A stretch of 64,000 bases of DNA. It comes from Candidatus Levyibacteriota bacterium (lineage in GTDB: Bacteria > Patescibacteriota > Microgenomatia > Levybacterales > UBA12049). The position numbers were made by a program, and so were the translations under genes. The notes beneath the pieces are model-generated. The model saw nothing but the letters and a program-made list of their open reading frames with translations, was not told the DNA's origin and made no database searches. The stretch is from contig JBPOIT010000009.1 of NCBI GenBank assembly GCA_052034235.1, positions 72,203-136,202 on the forward strand, read 5' to 3'. Positions 37,185-45,501 of this stretch are shown here, piece by piece (position 1 is the stretch's first letter; each line of letters opens with the position of its first letter).

Positions 37185-37493
37185 TCAATAAATTAAGGGT
37201 AAAAGTTTTAATAATGATACTACGAAAAATACTAGCCCAACAATCAATGTCACGATCTGTTGAATCAGGAGCGCCCACTTCTCGGAAGCTGGAACAGGCT
37301 TATTATTCCAGTCCTTATACGCAAATTCTCCAAGTTGCCTAAATTTTATTATTAAGAATAATCCTGCCAATAATCCAAAAAAGTATCCATTTCCATCAAT
37401 TGCCATTAAAACCGATGCAGCTACTAAAAGTATGCCAGCTAAAATAGCGAAGGATTTTAGATGATCAATCATTTTTTTTGAAGTTTTAGTCAT
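37185..37493 (-). CDS. small membrane protein with 3 TM helices (first cassette gene after the tRNA)
   Basis: Start set at the ATG of MTKTSKK; the ORF-track extension runs antisense through tRNA-Ser(GCT). The minus-strand TGCTATAAT lies 7 nt upstream of the ATG. Confidence 0.5.
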   Translation of the reverse strand: MTKTSKKMIDHLKSFAILAGILLVAASVLMAIDGNGYFFGLLAGLFLIIKFRQLGEFAYKDWNNKPVPASEKWALLIQQIVTLIVGLVFFVVSLLKLLPLIY

Positions 37494-37531
37494 ATGAAAT
37501 ATTATAGCAGAATTGAGGCTGGGAAGCTGGG

Positions 37532-37620
37532 CGGAGGAGATGGGATTCGAACCCATGTGAGAGGTTTTAACTCTCGGTGGTTTAGCAAACCACTCCACTA
37601 GGCCACTATGGGACTCCTCC
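37532..37620 (-). tRNA. tRNA-Ser(GCT), class II
   Basis: Manual fold: acceptor GGAGGAG/CTCCTCC, anticodon stem GTGGT/ACCAC, loop TTGCTAA, long variable arm, T-loop GGTTCGAATCC. Confidence 0.8.
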
Positions 37621-37623
37621 AGC

Positions 37624-38625
37624 TTATAGAATTTGGTTATGTTTACGTAATCTTGCATTATGTGTGCCCACTATTTGCAGATATCTGTTAACTTCCTGCT
37701 CATTATACAACCAAACCTTTTTATTTTCTATCTTATCAATTATTTTTGGTGTGAATCCTAATCCTTCCAATGTTTGTGATACAAACAATAGCAGAGGTTT
37801 AGATCTATTTGTAAAACAGATTTTTTTATAAACATATTCCTTGTTGTTTCCTTTATATTTGTGCAAAAACACTCCACCGTCTGTATCCATAAGACCTCGT
37901 AAACAAGCAATTTTATATTCTTGCATTGAGGAGATCCAATCAGGTACCCCAACTTGCTGTTTTACTTTACTACCTATTTTCAAACCAAGTGTTGTAAGAT
38001 AATGAACTAAAGATACACCATTATAATAAAGAGATACGCCTTTATCATTTTTGTGTTTATGTATCCTTGGACTTTCTCCAAACAATTCTTTTCCAATCTG
38101 GCAAACGAAGAGAATATATTCTCTGTCTGCTTCACTATTTAACGTTATACAAATCTGTCCAGGGGTTAATCCGCCGTCTCCAAGCATAATCCCAATATAT
38201 TCTGCTAACTTGCTGCTATATCCTGAAGGAAGTGTATAACTTTTACAGAATGGTATAATCCCTTTCTCTCTAAGAAGAGCTAGCGCTTTTTTCCCACCCT
38301 TACTTCTTCCTTCTTTAGTCGCTTGACATCCATATTTTTTATATGCTGCAATTCCACCTATTGCATTTGCTTTTTGCTGAGCAGTTTTCCATCTTAGAAT
38401 CAGTACTTCTTTCTCTTCAGGTAAATGAAGATTAAATTTCTCACAGAATATCTCTGCCGCTCTTAGAGACAATGTTAGCTTCTCTTTTTTCCAATCTAGT
38501 AAACTTCGAGGATGAACATCAACCATTTTTGCCAACTGTTGGGTTGTTAAACCACTACTTGTATAAACATCTTTTAAGAAGCTTTTTTGCTGATTTAATT
38601 GGAACTTGACCCTTATATTTTTCAT
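37624..38625 (-). CDS. free-standing double-motif LAGLIDADG homing endonuclease with an N-terminal HTH
   Basis: Two LAGLIDADG motifs (IGIMLGDGGL and LRGLMDTDGGVF) and an N-terminal HTH-like segment (LTTQQLAKMVDVHPRSL). Its stop lies 3 nt from the tRNA-Ser(GCT) 5' end. Confidence 0.75.
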   Translation of the reverse strand: MKNIRVKFQLNQQKSFLKDVYTSSGLTTQQLAKMVDVHPRSLLDWKKEKLTLSLRAAEIFCEKFNLHLPEEKEVLILRWKTAQQKANAIGGIAAYKKYGCQATKEGRSKGGKKALALLREKGIIPFCKSYTLPSGYSSKLAEYIGIMLGDGGLTPGQICITLNSEADREYILFVCQIGKELFGESPRIHKHKNDKGVSLYYNGVSLVHYLTTLGLKIGSKVKQQVGVPDWISSMQEYKIACLRGLMDTDGGVFLHKYKGNNKEYVYKKICFTNRSKPLLLFVSQTLEGLGFTPKIIDKIENKKVWLYNEQEVNRYLQIVGTHNARLRKHNQIL

Positions 38626-38735
38626 ATCGGCTACGCAGATCCTCTATAAAACTGATCCTATCAATTTTAACTTCACACTACAATAGGAGATTCATAATTG
38701 AGTATTTTATGCTACAATCAAAAACATCCTAACTT

Positions 38736-38820
38736 GGAGAGGTCGCATAGTGGCCGAGTGCAGAAGTTTACTAAACTTCCGACCTGCAAGGGTCCGCGGG
38801 TTCGAATCCCGCCCTCTCCG
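38736..38820 (+). tRNA. class-II Ser-type tRNA with apparent anticodon ACT (a non-canonical A34); possibly a variant or a pseudogene
   Basis: Acceptor and D-arm are identical to tRNA-Ser(TGA). The anticodon stem GAAGT/ACTTC encloses the loop TTACTAA, so positions 34-36 read ACT. Long variable arm and a canonical T-arm. Confidence 0.6.
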
Positions 38821-39019
38821 CATCTATTCATGCAAGAGTTTTATGCTACAATATTTACATGTCCCTCCTCGATTTTCTTTTTCCTAAGCGGTGTGTCCGT
38901 TGCCAAAAAATTGGGTCTTATATTTGTCCTCAGTGTTCTACCTATATTTCTTTTACTGACACAATAATCTGCGTTTCGTGTCAGCGTCCGGCGATTGGTG
39001 GTATTATGCATCCTGATCT

Positions 39020-39286
39020 TCAATTCTGATAACCTTTCTGCGTTGTAGGATCAGATAATTCAGAGGCATCAGTTGGTGCTTGTGGTAAATGATTAGGAAT
39101 CTCCGTTCCTACTAGCTCTACTAATCGTTTCGGCAAATCAGGGTCAATGTCAGCGATCTCCCTAGTTAATTCACCTATTACTTCAGCTCTGTCTTCCGGA
39201 ATTATTCCTCCATATGAAAAGAGCTTTTCTATTTTCGCTCGTTCAATGCCATTCTCTTCAAGCTTCGTTCTAATATCTCGTGGCAA
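39020..39286 (-). CDS. hypothetical acidic small protein
   Basis: 88 aa with no recognisable domain. Confidence 0.35.
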   Translation of the reverse strand: MPRDIRTKLEENGIERAKIEKLFSYGGIIPEDRAEVIGELTREIADIDPDLPKRLVELVGTEIPNHLPQAPTDASELSDPTTQKGYQN

Positions 39287-39454
39287 ACCCTCATACGTGA
39301 ACGTAGCAGAATCTGTAGTCCACAGAACCTTGCTCTCCTGCTTGCTGTTAAGAGTTGTTTGGGGTATTGTACTTAACGGCTTTTGGTTATGATCGTAGCA
39401 TGGTGGTATTCGTCGGCGGCGAAAAAAATGTGTAGGAATTGTTTGGGAGAGAAA

Positions 39455-42400
39455 TTAGGATTTGGATTTTTCTGCTTTACCTTCTTCTTTTTGGAAGACG
39501 AGGTAGTAGACGACAGGGATGAAAATAAGCATGATTGTTCCTGAGAACAGGAGTCCTGAAATAATTGCACCGCCGAGTCCTCTCCAGAATGGATCTGAAA
39601 GAGTAATTGGGATAAGACCGAGAATTGCGGCGATTGATGTTAACGTAATTGGTTCAAGTCTACTTTCTGCTGCTTCAGCAATTGCCTGACGGAATTCCAT
39701 TTTTTCTTTGAGATTTTGATTGATTTTATCAACGATAAGAATTGAATTTTTAACAACAATACCAAAAAGCGCGAGTACACCGATCAGTGCAGGGAATGAG
39801 AGTGGTGTATGTGTAAGCCCGAAGACAATAAACACTCCTGAGATAGAAAGCGGGATAACAAGCATAACGATAAATGCTTTTCTGAAAGATGAGAATTGCA
39901 AAACCATGGTGACAATAATTAAGAAGAATGATAATAACATTGCTTGCAAAATAGCATTTACCGAGTTTTGATTTTCTTCATTAATGCCTCCTGTTTGCCA
40001 CTCATAACCTTCTGGCAGTGTGAGTGTGTTTGCAAACTGTTCCAGTTTGGCATTTTCTTCGGTCGGAAGGACGCCTTTGGTAACCCCAGCTGAAACTGAA
40101 ATAGTACGTTTGCCGCCTTCTCTTGTGATAAGAGAAGGGTTTGGGCGAAGCTCAAATGAGCCAAGAGCTGAAAGCGGTACTGGTCCGTTTTGCGTTGCGA
40201 TGACGATCGTGCCGGCAGATTGTGCAGTTTGTTGAGTTGTTGCTGTTCTTAGGACTATGTTTTGGCTGTCAGAAGATTCCGCTTGGAGTTTTGCATCTTC
40301 CTTCATCGTAAAACCGCTTGCGTATGTTCTCATGAACAGACCCAATTGATCTTCCGTGACACCAGCTGCGAGCATTTTATCTGTGTCGGGGACAAAAACA
40401 ATTTTACTCGTACCTGCTTTTATCGATTTAGACACATTGGTGACTCCTGATTGTTTTTCTAAAAACTGAACTAATTGGTCAGCATATCTATCAAGAACAG
40501 CAAGATCGTCACCAGATAGTTTAATTTGCAAATCAGATCCTGCTGGTGGCCCGCCGCTTTCTTCAATTACTGAAATCTTGCCGTTAGAATATCCAGCATA
40601 TTTTGCTCTGAAGTTTTCTGCCATATCGATTGAGGAAATAGGTCTTTCATTTTCTGGCGGCAAAAGTACTGTTATAAGAGCTGTATTATCACTTGCTCCA
40701 GAAAACCCTCGCGCTGGATCGATACCGAGACGAGGTGTTGCTGTGACAAATTTTACATGTTCGGTTTTCCGAATATCTTCAAGGAGAACCATCATTTCTT
40801 TGGTCGTTTGTTGCAAGTTTGTTCCTTGCGGGAGTTCTACTGAAATGTATAAATATTCAGAATCACTCTTTGGGAAGAATTCGTTTTTGACAAAACCAAA
40901 CGGTACCAATAAATAAGAGAAAAGTGAAAAGATGACAACTGCAAGTACGGTTTTCCGTCTATTTATTGATTTTGCCAGAATGCGATCAATCAGTGAACGG
41001 TATTTTCTTTCAACAATTGAAAAATTAATCACACCATGATTCACATATTGTGAGAGATTTGCAGAACTTTTTTTTGTGGTTCTCGATTGAATATTTTTCC
41101 TAGCGCGATTAAATAAAATATATCTAACTTGAAAATAGACAAAAAGATTGAGGAGAAAAAGCAGCAACGCTGGAATAAAAAGTGGCCCTTGCGGCATGAT
41201 TGCAAGAAAAATGGCAAAGACAACAGCAACGCCGATCAGTCGGAACAACACCACAACGCGATAGGGAATAGTTGATTTCAAGAGCAGTAGTAAAAGTGGC
41301 AAGGTGACAAAAAGTGCTACACCAAGTGACGCTATGAGTGTACTTGAAACAACAATTGGGATTGCACGTATAAATTCTCCGATAATACCGGTTGAGAGAA
41401 GAAGTGGTACAAAAGCCCAAACTGTTGTTAACGTTGTTGTCAAAATTGGTGTTTTAAAATCACGCCAGACAAGCATTCCAGCTTCAAAAGGAGTAAATTT
41501 GCCTGTGCGGTAATAAGCAGTAACTGCCGAAATGACAACGATCGTATCATCAACTAACAATCCGAGTGATAATAGAAGTGAGAAAAATGCGATGAAACTT
41601 AATGGCACACCAGTGACATTCATAACTAAAAACGTAACAAGAAATGTTAATGGGATAGCAAAGGAGGCGATGACTGCTTGTCTAATGCCAAGGAATAAAA
41701 AGAGTGCGATAAACACTAAGGTGACGGTTATTAAAAAGTCACGAATAAGTTCATAAAACTGTTCGTCAATTTGTTCTCCCGTATTAAGAATAGTTGAAAC
41801 AGTATAGGTGTCACCATATGCTTTGATGACTTCATCAGTCACTTTTTTTGCCTCTTCAACGGGTTTTGTGATGTTTGCAGAACCAGTTTTATAAACATCA
41901 AAACGTATTGTTTCACTCTGTGTTTGTGAGCCTGTTGCGATATATGATGTTGCAGAATCTGGTTTAATACGCTGCTGAATTGTAGCAACATCAGAAAGCA
42001 TGATTGTGGTCATTCCAGTTTTAATTTTGATATTTCGCAGGTCGTTAACAGTTGTGACTGTTGGATCAATGCTCAGACCAAATGAAGATCCGTTTGTTGC
42101 AATTGTCCCGGCAGGGAATGATCCCGTCGCAGTTTTTATGGTTTGTGCGATAACTGCTGGATTTATTCCGTAGAGCGCTATCTTTTCAGGTTCTATTAAA
42201 ATTTGTATTTCTTCATCATCAATGCCAGCGACTTCTACTCTTTCAATACTTGGCAAATCTTCAAGTCGATCTCGAATTGTTTTTGAAAGACGTGTCAGAC
42301 TTAACGAATCTACACTTTTGCTGCTCAGTGCAAATGTCCAAACTGGCTGATTTTCAAAATCAAGTTTTTGCACTCTGGGATTTTCTGCATTTTCCGGAAG

Positions 42401-42811
42401 ATCTGAAATACTATCTACTGCTGACTGCACATCAGCTTTTGCTTTATCGGGACTTACACCAGATTCAAATTCAAGGGTTACGATAGAAACTGAGTCTTGT
42501 GACGTTGACGTTATTGTTTTTACATCAGGCAAATCACTGAGACTGTCTTCAATAGGAATCGTGACAAGAGATTCAATATCATCAGGAGATGCTCCAGGAA
42601 GAGGTGTTGCAATCGTGACAATAGCAATATTAATTTCAGGATTTAAGACGCGGGGTAGACTCAAAAAACTTGTGAGACCTACCATGCAAACAAGAAACAC
42701 AAGAAGTACCACCAACCGAGTATTCCGAAGATATTTCGCAAACGGAGTATTGCTCAGTCGGGGGTCAAATTTGAGTTTCTTAAGATAAGATGTTAGTTCT
42801 GCCATATACAA
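39455..42811 (-). CDS. RND-superfamily efflux transporter permease (AcrB-like)
   Basis: 1118 aa with a 12-TM, two-large-loop architecture and the conserved GLLVDDTIVV block. Confidence 0.8.
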   Translation of the reverse strand: MYMAELTSYLKKLKFDPRLSNTPFAKYLRNTRLVVLLVFLVCMVGLTSFLSLPRVLNPEINIAIVTIATPLPGASPDDIESLVTIPIEDSLSDLPDVKTITSTSQDSVSIVTLEFESGVSPDKAKADVQSAVDSISDLPENAENPRVQKLDFENQPVWTFALSSKSVDSLSLTRLSKTIRDRLEDLPSIERVEVAGIDDEEIQILIEPEKIALYGINPAVIAQTIKTATGSFPAGTIATNGSSFGLSIDPTVTTVNDLRNIKIKTGMTTIMLSDVATIQQRIKPDSATSYIATGSQTQSETIRFDVYKTGSANITKPVEEAKKVTDEVIKAYGDTYTVSTILNTGEQIDEQFYELIRDFLITVTLVFIALFLFLGIRQAVIASFAIPLTFLVTFLVMNVTGVPLSFIAFFSLLLSLGLLVDDTIVVISAVTAYYRTGKFTPFEAGMLVWRDFKTPILTTTLTTVWAFVPLLLSTGIIGEFIRAIPIVVSSTLIASLGVALFVTLPLLLLLLKSTIPYRVVVLFRLIGVAVVFAIFLAIMPQGPLFIPALLLFLLNLFVYFQVRYILFNRARKNIQSRTTKKSSANLSQYVNHGVINFSIVERKYRSLIDRILAKSINRRKTVLAVVIFSLFSYLLVPFGFVKNEFFPKSDSEYLYISVELPQGTNLQQTTKEMMVLLEDIRKTEHVKFVTATPRLGIDPARGFSGASDNTALITVLLPPENERPISSIDMAENFRAKYAGYSNGKISVIEESGGPPAGSDLQIKLSGDDLAVLDRYADQLVQFLEKQSGVTNVSKSIKAGTSKIVFVPDTDKMLAAGVTEDQLGLFMRTYASGFTMKEDAKLQAESSDSQNIVLRTATTQQTAQSAGTIVIATQNGPVPLSALGSFELRPNPSLITREGGKRTISVSAGVTKGVLPTEENAKLEQFANTLTLPEGYEWQTGGINEENQNSVNAILQAMLLSFFLIIVTMVLQFSSFRKAFIVMLVIPLSISGVFIVFGLTHTPLSFPALIGVLALFGIVVKNSILIVDKINQNLKEKMEFRQAIAEAAESRLEPITLTSIAAILGLIPITLSDPFWRGLGGAIISGLLFSGTIMLIFIPVVYYLVFQKEEGKAEKSKS

Positions 42812-42872
42812 TAAAATTCGAATCCCAACCTTCTAAATTGCATTTTTATTTCCAACTGCGGGCTTCGAATTC

Positions 42873-44375
42873 TTAGTTAATTTTCACTTTGTCTCCAGTA
42901 ATGACATTTCTGTTTAGGATGATTTGGTCGCCGCTTTTGAGGCCATTTTCGATCTGCACATAGCCACCGAACACTTCTCCTGGAGTAATAGTTCTGGTTT
43001 CAGCTTTTTCTTTACTTGCAACTAGAACAAAGGCTTTTTCTTTTGTTTGATAAACAGCATCAATTGGGATGAGTGGTGCCGCTGCTGTTGTCTTGGCTTT
43101 GCCAAGTGGTACTTTGATGGAGATGTACTCACCATCAATTACTTTTTCTTGCTGTTCTTCTGGTATATCGTAAAAGACTGAATACTGCTGACCATCAGTT
43201 GCTTGTGTTGAAACATAATAGGGTGTAACGGCAACTGATTTGCCTCCTATCAATAGATGACTTGGTTCTCCCTGACCTATGACTTGTGCGACAGCTTGAG
43301 GGACTGAAAGCACAGCTGTTGATTCGACACTATCTGACGTTATGGTTGCGAGGACGGTGCCAGGATTAACAGCTTGTCCTACTTTTACATTAATTCTTTC
43401 CACAGTTCCTGCAAAAGGACTTGAAGGATACATAAGGGCTTCACTGACATACGCAAGACTTACTTGCAGTCTCGAAACTTCTTTGCCTAAATTGATTGAT
43501 TTTTCTTGTACTTCAAGTTGTTTCAGAGCGATTTCTTTTTGCAGATTACTAAGAAGTGCAGGAGATTTGTCTTCTGCTGATTGGAGATCTGCTGCTCGTT
43601 GAGATGCCCGGAGTTGATTTATGCCGCCTTGTAACTGATTTATTTGACCAGGAAGTTGTTGATAAGCTGTATATGCTGTTTCGTTGGTTGGCGCTGGTGG
43701 ATTTTGTTGAAGTGTTTCGTACTGTTCACGAAGTTTATCAAGCTGGTCTTCGTTTGCATCAATGAGTCCAGTGGTATCATTTACTGATTGTCTGGTGATA
43801 TCTCTTGTTTGCTGTGCCTGACCGGCTGATGCAGTTGCAACATCACGCTGTTTATTTATGAGATCCATTTGCGGACCGTAACTATCAATGGCGTTTTGAT
43901 ATTGTGTTTGAGCAATTTGTCTTTGCACAGATGCTGCATTTCCACCCTGATAATTATTGGCGAGTGAAACAATAAGTTGTCCTTTCGTAACTTCTTGTCC
44001 TTCCTTAACAGGAATATTTTGGACGATACCGCCTGATTGGGCAATTATTTTAACAACGCCTGATTTTTCAACTTTTGCTTGAAATTCTGCTTGCGGACCT
44101 TCTCCGATGCTGTAGACGTTAACATTTTTTGTTATTTGTTGTTCACCTTTTTCTTCAGGCTGTGGTTGCAATAGTCTGCCTGCAATAAGAAAAATGAGAA
44201 GTAGTCCTAGAAGGATGAGAAAACTAGCAAGAGGGCGGCGTTTTATAAAACGCGTACTTTTTGTGTAAGCATTTTTTGAGCCGTTAATAACTCTGTCTTT
44301 AATAACAATCTCGTTCGTATCAGTTGTTATTTTTCTGATCGCTTTTCTTTCTGCCATAAGATAAATGAGGAACAA
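42873..44375 (-). CDS. efflux membrane-fusion (HlyD/periplasmic adaptor) protein
   Basis: N-terminal TM, a biotinyl/lipoyl-like hairpin (GGIVQNIPVKEGQEVTKGQLIVSL), a long coiled-coil, and a C-terminal beta-barrel. Adjacent to the RND gene. Confidence 0.7.
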   Translation of the reverse strand: MFLIYLMAERKAIRKITTDTNEIVIKDRVINGSKNAYTKSTRFIKRRPLASFLILLGLLLIFLIAGRLLQPQPEEKGEQQITKNVNVYSIGEGPQAEFQAKVEKSGVVKIIAQSGGIVQNIPVKEGQEVTKGQLIVSLANNYQGGNAASVQRQIAQTQYQNAIDSYGPQMDLINKQRDVATASAGQAQQTRDITRQSVNDTTGLIDANEDQLDKLREQYETLQQNPPAPTNETAYTAYQQLPGQINQLQGGINQLRASQRAADLQSAEDKSPALLSNLQKEIALKQLEVQEKSINLGKEVSRLQVSLAYVSEALMYPSSPFAGTVERINVKVGQAVNPGTVLATITSDSVESTAVLSVPQAVAQVIGQGEPSHLLIGGKSVAVTPYYVSTQATDGQQYSVFYDIPEEQQEKVIDGEYISIKVPLGKAKTTAAAPLIPIDAVYQTKEKAFVLVASKEKAETRTITPGEVFGGYVQIENGLKSGDQIILNRNVITGDKVKIN

Positions 44376-44484
44376 TGCACATGTGGCAGATAATGCAGGT
44401 TAATCCATATGTAGTATATCTCATATAGCCTCAATTGTCAAAGTTTAAGGACTCTTCGGCATAATAGTTTGGTACAATAGAATC

Positions 44485-45501
44485 ATGGTTATTCGTTCCA
44501 TTGAGACTACTGAGAAAAAAGAATACAACGCAGTTGTTGAACATCCTTTGCAAAGTTTTGAATGGGGTGAATTTCGTCAGAAAACGGGAGTCAAAGTAAT
44601 TCGTCGTGGGTTCTTTGAAAACGAAAAACTCGTTTCGGGTTTTCAATTAACAATTCATAAAATTCCCAAAACCCCTTTTACCATTGGATATTTACCAAAA
44701 GGAGAAATGCCGACAAAAGAAGTGATTGAAGAACTGCAGAAAATTGGTAGGGAAGAAAAGTGTCTTTTTATTCAGTTTGAACCGAATATTGAATATAGCA
44801 AAGAGCAAGAAACAAAAATAAAAAATTTGGGATTGATCGATGCTGCGCATCCGTTATTTACCAAATATACATTTGTTTTGGATCTCACGAAGACAGAAGA
44901 CGAGTTATTGCAAAACATGCACCAAAAAGGACGTTATAACATAAAAGTTGCGACAAAACACGACGTAACTGTTATCGAAGATAACACTCAGAAAGCATTT
45001 GAAGCATATTGGCAATTGACCGAAATGACAACAAAGAGGCAGAAGTTTTATGCACATACAAAACAATATCACCTGCAGCAATGGGAAACGTTTGAGCATA
45101 TCGCTAAAAGTAATCAATTATCATCACATTTATTTACAGCTCGTTATGATGGGAAAATAGTAACAACAATGCTCTTTTTTGTGTTTCATGACACACTGTA
45201 TTATCCATACGGAGCATCAAGTAGCGAACATAGAAATGTTATGCACTCTAACCTTACGATGTGGGAAGGTATTCGGTTTGGCAAAAAACTGGGACTTAAA
45301 AAATTTGATATGTGGGGTGCGCTTGGTCCAGATCCAGATCCAAAAGATCCATGGTTTGGGTTCCATAACTTCAAAGAAAAATACGGGCCAAATCATGTTG
45401 AATTTCTTGGCAGTTATGATTTGGTAATATATCCTCTTCTATATCAGGCATATAAAGTAGCTGATAAACTCAGATGGTTCCTTCTTAAATTAAAATCTTA
45501 A
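44485..45501 (+). CDS. FemAB-family peptidoglycan interpeptide-bridge aminoacyltransferase-like protein
   Basis: 338 aa with FemAB/GNAT-fold-like blocks (YYPYGASSSEHRN...MWEGI..G...G...FDMWG). Confidence 0.5.
   Translation: MVIRSIETTEKKEYNAVVEHPLQSFEWGEFRQKTGVKVIRRGFFENEKLVSGFQLTIHKIPKTPFTIGYLPKGEMPTKEVIEELQKIGREEKCLFIQFEPNIEYSKEQETKIKNLGLIDAAHPLFTKYTFVLDLTKTEDELLQNMHQKGRYNIKVATKHDVTVIEDNTQKAFEAYWQLTEMTTKRQKFYAHTKQYHLQQWETFEHIAKSNQLSSHLFTARYDGKIVTTMLFFVFHDTLYYPYGASSSEHRNVMHSNLTMWEGIRFGKKLGLKKFDMWGALGPDPDPKDPWFGFHNFKEKYGPNHVEFLGSYDLVIYPLLYQAYKVADKLRWFLLKLKS

Noticed and set aside
34703-37620. Could the regularly spaced direct repeats be a CRISPR array?
   Set aside because: The repeat copies are degenerate rather than near-identical. 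The 'spacers' are 300-1000 bp and each contains a complete ORF. There are no cas genes. The repeats are clearly homologous to the tRNA-Ser 3' end plus its flank.
34703-38625. Classical integron (intI + attI + attC cassettes)
   Set aside because: There is no tyrosine recombinase. The repeats are direct tRNA-derived copies, not imperfect-palindrome attC sites. Every cassette has its own promoter, unlike promoterless integron cassettes.
38698-38967. ORF 38698..38967(+) (MSILCYNQKHPNLERSHSGRVQKF...)
   Set aside because: It is a translation through the ACT-anticodon Ser-type tRNA. Not a protein gene.
38955-38985. Inverted repeat CTGACAC...GTGTCAG downstream of the 39020..39286(-) gene read as a terminator
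   Set aside because: The 7-bp stem has a 15-nt loop and no following T-run. Too weak to call.
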